DNA of 64,000 nucleotides, taken from positions 1 through 64,000 of IMG/VR virus record IMGVR_UViG_3300006120_000019. One strand, given 5' to 3'. Positions within the stretch are counted from its first letter, which is position 1; each line of letters starts with the position of its first letter. This stretch comes from a virus. Its lineage: Duplodnaviria > Caudoviricetes. A program made the position numbers and the translations under genes. The notes under the pieces were generated by a model that did not search any database, was not told where the DNA came from, and saw only the letters and a list, made by a program, of their open reading frames with translations. This document shows, in pieces, positions 30,801-36,941 of this stretch.

Positions 30801-33096
30801 AGCACAACACGCTTTGATCAACCAGTGCAGGGCTGTCAGTTGTAGGAATCAAATTGATCAGTGGTTCTGGAATCAGCGGAGGTACAGTGTCTGGCACTAT
30901 GAAGCTGACTTGATAAACTGTGCGTCTAACCACTGGATCAAGATCGCCTGCAAAAATAACTCTACTACCATTGACCAGCTGATAACCATCTGTGCCAAAC
31001 CCAATAGTACCGTTCACAGTTCTCAATGCATCTGTTTGTGAAAAGTCGATGATATCCACCGGCGGCTTACCTTCAGTACCAAAATTAAACAGTCTTGTTC
31101 CTGCACGGAATTCCAAAATAGGTCTGCGAGCGCGATAATTATTGTCCAGCACTGGCACAGTATTATTGTAAGCAGCTGATTGGGTAATAACATCGACCTG
31201 GAACCAACTGTTGCTACGAGACCACGGATTCAAATCGCCACTGGCTCGATTTATTGTAAGATAGTCAGGAACCAGAGGCTCTGGTGTGCTGAAATTTGTA
31301 ACTGGCAGCAACTGAATTGCAGTGCCGACACCTTCGACATAGTAGTAGTTGTTTTCGTAACTGGATGGATTTGTTGTGCCACGAAATACCACCTGCATAC
31401 CATTGGTAAATGTCACACCATTGGGACTGGTATATGTTTTTTGTCCAATAATCTTGTTAATATCTAATATGCTAGCAGATGTTTGATCAATCAAATCAAT
31501 GCGACCAAAAATATTTGGATCTGTTCCGTCCTGGTACCATAACACACTGCGTGCCGCAGTCAGCAGTGGTATTTGTTCAAAATAGCCGTTGGCATCTTTG
31601 TACCACTGTGTGCTTGCCCATTGATTGCCAAACAAAATAGTAAATTTGTCTAAATCTGGTACAGGTGCAACGCTGGTCAATGCCAAGTACACACGCCCAC
31701 CTGAATCAGTTTGATACTGTATCCTCCACACGCTGTATTGTTGTGCTGTATCTGTAATAAAAGTAGTTTGATCAAATGGTAAACTGTCAAAACTACCAGG
31801 TTGTTCATTTTGCCCAGTCAGTAACGGATCAAAAGGAGTCGTAATATCCCATCCCTGTGTAGAAGTAAAAACAACCGTGCGACCATTTAAATTTGTTATG
31901 CCATCAATGCCATCAGGATTGGCCTGAACAAAATTGTCAAGAAATTGGTTATTCACTTGATCAAATTTCAGAGTAGTTGAAATAAGATCAACTGTACCGT
32001 TGTTCAATGGAAGTGGAGTCAAGTTGTAATAAAAACTCTGTGCGTCACTGAGCGGCACATCAAATGTCACAGTGCCAAGATCAATACCGTTGTTGGTCAC
32101 ACCCAGCACAGTTCTGCTGCTGATATTAGGAGTAGCAGGTATCTGCCCGTTCACACCAGGATCGGATTGAATCCAAAAATCATTGCCAGTACCCGGTGTT
32201 GCGCCAATGATACTAAACTGTCCTTGCAGATTAAATTCTATAGGATTGCAATAGTACAAAGTGTCTGGTGCATCTTGTGGTACCGTGAATATGATCTGAC
32301 CGTCGCTGGCACCGTTGTTTATAACTCCATCAGAATATATGTTTACAATTCCCAGGCTAGCAATAGTTTTAATGTAGAAAGGAAACGCGCCTGTGAGTGA
32401 AAGATTAAAATAGTAGGTGTTGCCACGAACCAGTGTCAATGTGGGGTTTGATTCTTGATTAATTACATATGCACTTGTGCCGTTGTTGGTCACACGATAT
32501 GTTATGGTTTCTGTGGTATTTTGTGCAACATTAAATGTGTAACTGCCGCCTTTGACCAAAGTTAAAGTGGGATTATTGCCAGCATAGGTGCTGAAAGTAT
32601 AAACACCATTGGCACGTGTTACTGTGAAGTTATCAGTGGTTGGTACACCAGTGGCAGACACATCCACAGGCATTGGACCATTGGGTAACCAATAGTACTG
32701 TGCATAGTTTACAAATTTGTCAAAATCAACAAACGGATCCCAGGTATAGTAGTCACTGGTATACAAATAATCTGCATTGTCCGTGACACCGCCTTGCAGT
32801 GTAATTGCATCTGTTAATCCTGGATAGGTTATAACATCAACAACTGTTTTTGAGTCAGTAGGGTCAATTTGAACCACACCTGGTTCAAGCTGATAGTCAT
32901 TGCGACTTTTTGTGGGTTCAATTACATATTGATCATTGGCATTGACGCCAGGCCCAACTTTTTGTCCAATAAATCCTTGTGATTTTTTGAATCGAGGTTC
33001 TTGAACCAATTGATCCAAGGTAGCTGCCAAAAACTGTTTGTTTACTGGTGTTTGAAATATTTCTGGTAGAAAATCAACTGAACGAACTGTGGCCAT
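18847..33096 (-). CDS. Giant (4749 aa) baseplate wedge/fibre protein, gp7-like by position, with FG-GAP repeats
   Basis: Single ORF directly after gp6. Seven FG-GAP-like repeats (FGxSV...lvGaPG), repeated xDGxxxxF beta modules and FD-rich repeats. Confidence 0.8.
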   Translation of the reverse strand: MATVRSVDFLPEIFQTPVNKQFLAATLDQLVQEPRFKKSQGFIGQKVGPGVNANDQYVIEPTKSRNDYQLEPGVVQIDPTDSKTVVDVITYPGLTDAITLQGGVTDNADYLYTSDYYTWDPFVDFDKFVNYAQYYWLPNGPMPVDVSATGVPTTDNFTVTRANGVYTFSTYAGNNPTLTLVKGGSYTFNVAQNTTETITYRVTNNGTSAYVINQESNPTLTLVRGNTYYFNLSLTGAFPFYIKTIASLGIVNIYSDGVINNGASDGQIIFTVPQDAPDTLYYCNPIEFNLQGQFSIIGATPGTGNDFWIQSDPGVNGQIPATPNISSRTVLGVTNNGIDLGTVTFDVPLSDAQSFYYNLTPLPLNNGTVDLISTTLKFDQVNNQFLDNFVQANPDGIDGITNLNGRTVVFTSTQGWDITTPFDPLLTGQNEQPGSFDSLPFDQTTFITDTAQQYSVWRIQYQTDSGGRVYLALTSVAPVPDLDKFTILFGNQWASTQWYKDANGYFEQIPLLTAARSVLWYQDGTDPNIFGRIDLIDQTSASILDINKIIGQKTYTSPNGVTFTNGMQVVFRGTTNPSSYENNYYYVEGVGTAIQLLPVTNFSTPEPLVPDYLTINRASGDLNPWSRSNSWFQVDVITQSAAYNNTVPVLDNNYRARRPILEFRAGTRLFNFGTEGKPPVDIIDFSQTDALRTVNGTIGFGTDGYQLVNGSRVIFAGDLDPVVRRTVYQVSFIVPDTVPPLIPEPLINLIPTTDSPALVDQSVLCLNGNTLKGQSFRYNGVNWIEEQQKISVNQPPQFDIYDANGVSFGDSATYPSTNFNGSSLFSYAVGSGPADLVLGFPLTYLSLTNIGDIVFDNNLYADSFNYTINNAGQTVPLSSGFVRQYNSRLTYQREIGWQTAITQSLVRQQFQFTYTGSPVQLDIAVSTNTVVPAVQVFINATFQESFNYRVSVGTNTTTITWLTVYNPGDLIEIQVLSDQVSSQGFFQVPINLENNPLNNNSTQFTLGTVRNHYSTIAQNLIGLQGPVIGANNTRDLGNIVPYGLQILQQSSPLTLAGYFMRDPNYDIFASLDFNSREYIKFKSQLLTTVISNDYGTMTIPEILDSAIAQITAGRTSLNSFYWSDMLPTGTTFVSNSTTVSQITTSVFNTVQMYNFTESNYLGLLVYVNNVLLVRNYDYVVSTDSPVLTITVPLNVGDVVTINEYSNTVGNFVPNTPTKLGLYPKFKPEIFYDPNYLNPTLVIQGHDGSITVSYGDFRDQILLEFEKRIYDNLKNDGNPVPLTAEDVIPGFFRTTNYTQAQITQILGESFLSWVGQNKVDYKTQNYIASNPFTYNYSTSGNKINEEPLLGAWRGIYRYFYDTTSPNLTPWEMLGLTEQPTWWTARYGPVPYTSDNLVLWGDLEAGYVADPVAPYIDTRYARPGLTTVIPVDSQGELLAPLVSVVGLYNPNDWRKSWVVGDGGPTEAAWWSSSSYPFAVMRLLALTRPAEFFSLFVDRDLYRYNVEFDQYLYNGRYRINANEVQVYGNGVSKASYINWIIDYNQQLGMNSSTALTQDLSNLDVRLCYRMAAFTDKKYANIYLEKSSPESQNASLLLPPESWNLLLYANQPFSEIVYSSLIIQKQETGFSVYGYSNVQPYFPIVASAVNGPTQTVSAGGATVTVPAQYTNNIVNVPYGYNFSNSTIVVDFILSYGVFLTSQGMVFDGVQNGYTLNWAQMAQEFLYWSQQGWAPGTIINLNPGATKITVYKPGAVVAAVTSLTPENQLTDQNKQAIQSRDLIIQRYGDSFTISSATNQTISYLDLKFTDYENMAVLDNVSIFNDLIYDPTTAERQNRVAWKASISSDWDGTLNAQGFILNQNNVIQWQPNVKYTKGEIVIYKNNYWSALNVVQPATTFDYANWVKSNYAMIDQGLLPNIPNKADQQANSYNIYDANLASDNDLLAFGLTGFRPRQYMVDLNLDDVSQVQIYQGFIGSKGTRLSAELFTRANLGRETGQYAIYENWGILVGTYGANANRSWFEIVLNQALLTANPSTVQIIQPGQTSPADQTIYLSNLWSESYAIPTTDILPTTYGTNLDTALPSAGYVNINDVDITVFNLNNPANLDASINTIGNGTVVWVAQINSYDWGIYKCVQVSGQMTLLSNNLNSTSVVQFNHTHGLAIGNTIIIKYFNDGVNGVYRVLSVPSPTTVVIAFAFTNTNQSQLTGTGLVFYLQTTRVSQASDIQNLPYVNDLVPGALAWVDNDGAGHWEVLQKTTPFNVADLLEPYELFANSGFGTSVSQTQDHYSVLVGSPGASSGSGLIYTYRRSNIVPYTDNVMLSLNATGTAGYGNSVMFGSKNWAIAGANASNSNAGYATVIYQIPGTNDYLQTQLLVAPDQNFTSISFGSAVAISQDEHWMYISAPGANTVYAFGRVDVPTDSITYTTNGVQTAFNWANSIQINPAYPDQLIVLVNNVLAIHNIDYYINSNVVQFYTAPAANQPLTIVRRQAAQIDRQVYYNIKQNSTSGVGTGAAFTIVDTRGVYNPTLTAGGSAYAVGDTLTVNYTQICPNGSSANNLVITVTAVVAGAISTFTFSGSGVTTNNNFALVNSLYTVSNIYSFTVRVNAVLQRPYIDYTFGSGLLTFVTIPAAGADIEVTASTYWQYISAITGTGLSGDAEFGTSISTSTDGRQLVVGCVNDTAGTVTDAGAVYIYDRSVVNYQITTVSQTTYVIPGSFTAPVAVLLNNTYLTNSAQYINGQYTISGSNVVLNSTVTLTIGDTLTIETNQFSLVEKITAKMPVAASAYGTAVTICPNNCSVYIGAPQSSQSGSPGSGMVERQVNQSRIYGVTTSTVANPALTAGDTIRINGFEIAIPSSPNNNIAGLVAAINAANVPNVIASTTPDVIFVGDGVTQVYNVGSVYSAADSYTTVVYVNSVLQTSGVDYSYNNTTQQIIFAVAPAAKFSIVVTSGRITVSVINSTAATPFNKLSVLPGLVNSAFDTIGFNTYVWTQDILSPSPTDYAYFGTSIAVNSGAINLIVGAPNGNVYEREIFDGGTTYFDERSTVFSTTIVNNGVAYTFDYLPSASVSLSNPGAFVFGQQIYNTGIGTDDQYGNSEAGVDVDKNFGFAVNYVNGRLLIGAPGSDTNGYGEAYVFDNPTGALAWEVKYYQQPVVDTNLLDSVYSYDKLLNSTQTYYDFIDPLQGKILGAARQNIDYIGAVDPANYNQGSVHNVGTSWGATHVGEIWWDTNRVRFINPNQDDIVYASKRWGQLFPGSNVDVYQWIESSVAPVNYTGQGTPLSTISYTVATTVDVNGIFVTNYYFWVRGISTINTAVGKTLSTTGIAGYISNPIGSGIPYIAGLNASTIAIYNANSLLSAQDTILHVGYDRQATTADVHVEYAFIADGRPDSFLNANLYRKLLDSFCGVDTLGNLVPDPALSPGQQYGVQFRPRQSMFSDRFAALQNYLTRANNVLAQYPISETRSFNLLNSSESKPAPNTGAWNMQVPDLTVLGYQNLAQVPLGYLYLVDSDSSQNGRWTIYQVAQGSAPGQRVLDLVRIQNYDTPLYWNYITWYLPGYNSSTQITVTVANYADLSTLTLATAPIGSSVKVTTNSQGKFEIYQRTITGWTRVALQDGTIAFDSVLWNYALGPYGFDAEVFDAQYFDQEPVIETRQIIRALNEEIYVGDLLIERNQSLILMFNFVYSEFTSPNWLIKTSYIDVDHNLQALLPYQLYQPQNQTFVEDYIQEVKPYHTQILNFNLIYDGMDTYAGSLTDYDVPAYWDTDLEIPQFVSPVLTPYTSSLSTVENFNSDAAANAAIWMKFPWNQWYNNYLLEIQNVVVVNGGSGYDYNNPPTVTVSGTCITPATMTATVNSSGIITAINIITPGAGYSTTAQITLTSTTGSGAVIVAQMGNGLVRSIRTVIKYDRYEYQSSVVAWQPNVVYSEGTLVRYVNVVWSANATQSSAQFLPNEWTLVNADSLSGVNRTMGFYTPTANQPGLSLPLLISGVEYPGVQLTAPSYRQNTGFDVGNFDINPWDNYFISPAGFITYDPGILDVEYSSSYLDLYLGTRPSDINVAGGAYVDAWSSYAPEELVPGAEFDTLDFRVYTTPGADWIGQGFGFPIYSLKYTYDPATPTQSFQGLLPYPMVLLTFNATTGLGVEPDSYDWVNYTFTLTQGVNAGDTIQVAVVATGGGNQLYSNTYVGSDIGNSILIPFNIDLISEFVIYDGELGPLVLGVDYTYAAYSLTQTQITFTTTYGTTDRINLTCLGYAPVGATHSWSLPVFETIIITDSSQLTYSLTNSLQGTNPANLVVLRNGARARPAAGISYVSDGAQTVYNLPNPGDYSQAAITDEDVAVYANSTALVVNVDFVIDSYVAGTPRTITLTSSTAFGTVILISVRNNAQYYVVGDQLTFQPSAGLSPQVGDIIEIITWNDTSEQQLLTQVFVGPTTEGVQVGEGFDSTEFDSGTTNFESGSFDYGASVLVQTNTFDTGREILNPERILVTLNGRWLFNGNGYTVSGSTVTLTGSIIGTTDVVVITDFTQYVVPEAMSFRIFQDMRGAQATYRITPNTTTTLAQPLAVTDDIVYVTDATALIEPDLAANIWGALTIDGERIMYRVRNTSDNTVSSLLRGTAGTATAAHSVGATVYNIGPGNLLPVEYQNYIVANNILADGSNTVFVATQIDISQEPSDIKDRTVEVYVGGTLQTAGYSITNDNPVTVTFTTAPIAGAEVTILVRRGVTWYAPGAGTASNGVPLQETNTPAARFLRGL

Positions 33097-36000
33097 TAAA
33101 TTACTCCGCTACCAGGGGCAGTCTGTAGATTTGTGCTGGTCAATGCAGTTATGACCTGTATGTCATTGACTGTGGCTCCATTGACAAAAATTTGATTTGG
33201 TGCGCATCTTATTTCGTATAGATCGCCAAAACTCTTTTGTGGGTTCAGTGGAACTAATACCACTGAACTGACTACATCGCCTATTTGCTGATGTATGTAT
33301 GCAGCCAATTCTGAAAAATAGAATGTTTGCCCAAAGTCCCATACTGCTATATCAAAATATGCATTCATGTTGGCTACAACCAAATTTTTAATTTCATTAA
33401 TACTGGCAGTGCTTTGAATTGACTGTATGACCTTGATAGTGGCTCTCAATGCAGGGTCTGCTTTGCTGCCAAACAAGGGCTGGAACTGCACTGAATTTAA
33501 TATCATGTTGTCAGATATCATTTTATAATTTTGCAATCCTACATAAGCAGTGGTCAAATCATCAATTGTGGGGGCCGACGGCAATGGTACTGTACCTGTT
33601 GAATCATACAACCAATTGGTATAGGCAGTATAGTAGGCATTGGTAGCAATATATATGTCAATGATATTAGTTGATCCAGGATCTATCCTGCTGGTCAATG
33701 GTGAATTGTGTCTGTATTGGAAATACAAACTCTGACGCCCAGTATAGGCAATATAAGTTGAATTTACTACTAACACAGTGTTACCAGCAGTGTTAACAGT
33801 TAGCGTGTAAAATACCTGATCTTGATAGGCATAAAACACTTGACCAAGATTGTACTGTGACATAGCTAGTTCAATCGCTCCAACTGTGGCATAATCACTG
33901 TTGACTGTGCCCGGCGCGACCAACAAATATCTTTGTAGATTGTCAAAATCAACTGTTTGTTGTAAGAATACCAATTTGTGGTTAGGGTTAACCGCAGGAG
34001 CAACTATATCATTGAAGAAATCTGGGTTAATTGGTATCAGATCGCCGGGTGTGGTAGCAAAACTAACCAGTACTTGAAAGTCATCAACTAGGCCATCACT
34101 TAACACAGGTTGATCAATGATGGTCAAAATATTGTCTCCTGCCAATGGATAATTGCTGTCAGGTTGACTATTGACCTTTAATACATTCACATAGTCTCTT
34201 ACCACAGTGCCTGTGCGTGAATCATAGATTGGTTGATTGGTATAAAAGAAAAATCTTGTGTCTATAACACTGGCAAAATAATAATCCAGGCTTCTTGAAA
34301 CTACTGTGTAGTTGGCTAGACCAGGTGCAGTAGTAGTGCATTGTATCAGCCAAGAAGCGTCACTATTGGTACCGGCAGTGCTCTGTTGATTGGCCAAACT
34401 GAATGTAGCATTAGCAGCCAGATTGTTGGCAGTTATGATATACCATGTGGCAGTTATGTTGTTGTAACCAATGCCAAAGTTTTGATTTAGATAGATCTGA
34501 TTCACAATACTTTGACGAACGCTTACAGGGATATCTGTTACAAAAACAGGAATAACTTGAGTAGGTATAGCACCAGTGGGTACAAAATTATTCAACACAA
34601 CTGGACCCACACCCGATGGTAAATTGCCGTAGCCATTGGCAGTGCCAGCAAGATACACAGCAGTGGGACTGGCCCAGATAGATAATTTATCTCCTGCTTG
34701 GCCTGGCGAACCTACCACCAGCTGATTTTCAGCGTTGAAGTAATAACCACTGGGCGGAACAAATTTAACCAAACTACTTTCAGTTATGTACTTGGCATTG
34801 TTACTGGCATAAGTCCCAATGGGTACTGGAACTCCTGCAGAATTTTGAAAATATCCAGTGGTTTCATTTGTAATTACTGTGCTTTGATGCCAGGTATAAT
34901 TTAATACTGACAAGTCAGGACGAGTAAAGTTGGCATAATAAAATTGTTGTAGTCCAGCTTTTAGCAACAACGGACTGATTTGATTATAAACCACGTCGGA
35001 AATATCTGGAATAGTCAACCACGAAAATTGAAATGCTGGTAATGTGTTTGCTTCATATAGTGCGCCATCAGCCGCAAATATATTTGTGCTGGAATATTTT
35101 CCAGTACCGTCAACAAGATCAAGATACCGACTGGTACCAATGCTTGCACGATTTAGTGCCTTGCTTTTTAAAATACTGTTGTATTGTGTAAACGGAAAAT
35201 TTGTGTAGTCTTCACCGTTGACCATGCGATTTTGTGTGTAGTACTGTGCAGGTGCCCGTTGTTTGATTTGTTGTAGAGTTTCACGAGCCTGTGCATTGGT
35301 CACAGGAGTGGTGATACCACAAGTAAATGTTATGGTTTCAATCTGATTGGTACGGCTAACATAACTGATTGGAATGCTGACACTTTGCATTTCCTCTGGG
35401 TTGATGATATAAGTCAATCCATTGCTGGCACGTACATATGTACGGAATGTGCCCACTGGTATGGTGCTGAATATGCCATCACCAAAGTTTAATATAATTT
35501 GATCGTTGGTAGCACTGGTTATACTGTAGATGTCTCTTGTACCCGGTGCCAATTGTTCAATGGCCGCTGCATAAACACTCTGTACAATTTGCCAGTAACT
35601 GGTTATGTTTCCTACGTTGTCTAACTGATACAACCATACATCAGTGTTGTTGATACCTTCGATATTGATATTAACCTGACGATTAGCAATGCGTTCTGGC
35701 AGATTAAAGTCTTGATTTTGCAACACACCTTGTTTAAAATAGAAGAAAAATCCTGTGTTAGCACTTGAGAATCCCAATTGATCATTTCTAAACAACACAT
35801 TGAATTGTCCATTGGGCAAAGGAGGCGGTTCGTAAATGTAGTTTTGACCACTGCTGGTAGCATTAACTGCTTCAAATGGCATGTTGATGCCATCAATGGT
35901 TGCGGTATAAGGTATCACAGGAATATAGCCTGGCACCAAATTTATAGTGTACTCCTGAGTGTCAACTCCCAGTATAACCTGATCATTTCCTGGCTTGCCG

Positions 36001-36509
36001 AAACGCTGGGTGTTGACTAATGCTGCATTCACAATACTGGTAAATTGTTCTTGCCAGTTGAGATTACTGGGATCAGCCCAGTTTACTGTGATATTGGCCA
36101 GGTTAACCCCGTTGTAATCTTGCACATTTTCTGTAGTTTTGACGCTGAATACTTTGAGGTATCCTGACGCTTCGGTGTTACGCAACGGCGAATAGCTGAC
36201 CAAATTGGCCAATTTGATCACACTGTCTCGGCGTTCTGCAGTGTCTAAATAGTTTTCACGTGTGTTCAGGTCAGATCTAAATGCAAGACTTTGGCCCATA
36301 AAAGCCATGACGTCTAACAAGGCAATAAATTCTGATGATTCAATGTAGTCATTAAATGTTTCTGGATAATACAAACGCAGATAGTCCACAAAACTCTTGC
36401 GTAAGGTTTCAAAATCATAACTTTGAAAGTCAGCTTCTCGGTAGGTCTGATAGATTCGTTTCCAATCTTCAACTCCAAATATTGCTGTCTGTCTCGTAGT
36501 TGTGGCCAT
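33096..36509 (-). CDS. gp6: Baseplate wedge protein, T4 gp6-like
   Basis: YDFETLRKSFVDYLR...FNDYIESSEFIALLDVMAF...ENYLDTAERRDSVIKLA and QNRMVNGEDY. Confidence 0.9.
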   Translation of the reverse strand: MATTTRQTAIFGVEDWKRIYQTYREADFQSYDFETLRKSFVDYLRLYYPETFNDYIESSEFIALLDVMAFMGQSLAFRSDLNTRENYLDTAERRDSVIKLANLVSYSPLRNTEASGYLKVFSVKTTENVQDYNGVNLANITVNWADPSNLNWQEQFTSIVNAALVNTQRFGKPGNDQVILGVDTQEYTINLVPGYIPVIPYTATIDGINMPFEAVNATSSGQNYIYEPPPLPNGQFNVLFRNDQLGFSSANTGFFFYFKQGVLQNQDFNLPERIANRQVNINIEGINNTDVWLYQLDNVGNITSYWQIVQSVYAAAIEQLAPGTRDIYSITSATNDQIILNFGDGIFSTIPVGTFRTYVRASNGLTYIINPEEMQSVSIPISYVSRTNQIETITFTCGITTPVTNAQARETLQQIKQRAPAQYYTQNRMVNGEDYTNFPFTQYNSILKSKALNRASIGTSRYLDLVDGTGKYSSTNIFAADGALYEANTLPAFQFSWLTIPDISDVVYNQISPLLLKAGLQQFYYANFTRPDLSVLNYTWHQSTVITNETTGYFQNSAGVPVPIGTYASNNAKYITESSLVKFVPPSGYYFNAENQLVVGSPGQAGDKLSIWASPTAVYLAGTANGYGNLPSGVGPVVLNNFVPTGAIPTQVIPVFVTDIPVSVRQSIVNQIYLNQNFGIGYNNITATWYIITANNLAANATFSLANQQSTAGTNSDASWLIQCTTTAPGLANYTVVSRSLDYYFASVIDTRFFFYTNQPIYDSRTGTVVRDYVNVLKVNSQPDSNYPLAGDNILTIIDQPVLSDGLVDDFQVLVSFATTPGDLIPINPDFFNDIVAPAVNPNHKLVFLQQTVDFDNLQRYLLVAPGTVNSDYATVGAIELAMSQYNLGQVFYAYQDQVFYTLTVNTAGNTVLVVNSTYIAYTGRQSLYFQYRHNSPLTSRIDPGSTNIIDIYIATNAYYTAYTNWLYDSTGTVPLPSAPTIDDLTTAYVGLQNYKMISDNMILNSVQFQPLFGSKADPALRATIKVIQSIQSTASINEIKNLVVANMNAYFDIAVWDFGQTFYFSELAAYIHQQIGDVVSSVVLVPLNPQKSFGDLYEIRCAPNQIFVNGATVNDIQVITALTSTNLQTAPGSGVI

Positions 36510-36527
36510 GCTTCTTCCTGTTTTTAT

Positions 36528-36535
36528 TATTTATG
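36528..36535 (-). promoter_or_regulatory. Late promoter-like CATAAATA upstream of gp6
   Basis: TAAATA core in the gp25-gp6 intergenic gap. Confidence 0.55.
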
Positions 36536-36554
36536 GGAAAAATAAACTGCGCAG

Positions 36555-36929
36555 TTAAACGTAACTGGCAACACCCTGACCTTGATCAAAAAATATTGCC
36601 AGCAATTGAGCATCTTGTCCAGCTACTGTTTTTAGTGCGAGTTGTATCAACAAACCATTTTGTTGCGGAAATACCTGTAGCGAGTCAACATACACTCTGG
36701 GATCTCCAGCAACAACTCGTTGAATTTCGTTATAGATACTGGCCAATGTTTCTTGTGTTTGATTTTCAAACAAGTTATTCCAGAGTGTGGTACCAAAACT
36801 GGGACGCCCCACCAGCTGACCTTGCCTGATGTTAAAAGCATTCAGAAGGTCTATTTTGATCAGGTCAAAATCAACCACAGTAAATTTTTTATACTGATTG
36901 ATAGTGTTGAATCCAATGAATGTGGCCAT
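36555..36929 (-). CDS. gp25: Baseplate wedge / sheath initiator, T4 gp25-like
   Basis: LIKIDLLNAFNIRQGQLVGRPSFGT.LW..LFE...IQRVVAGDPRV. Confidence 0.85.
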   Translation of the reverse strand: MATFIGFNTINQYKKFTVVDFDLIKIDLLNAFNIRQGQLVGRPSFGTTLWNNLFENQTQETLASIYNEIQRVVAGDPRVYVDSLQVFPQQNGLLIQLALKTVAGQDAQLLAIFFDQGQGVASYV

Positions 36930-36933
36930 GATG

Positions 36934-36941
36934 TATTTACC
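36934..36941 (-). promoter_or_regulatory. Late promoter-like GGTAAATA upstream of gp25
   Basis: 4 nt upstream of ATG 36929. Confidence 0.65.
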
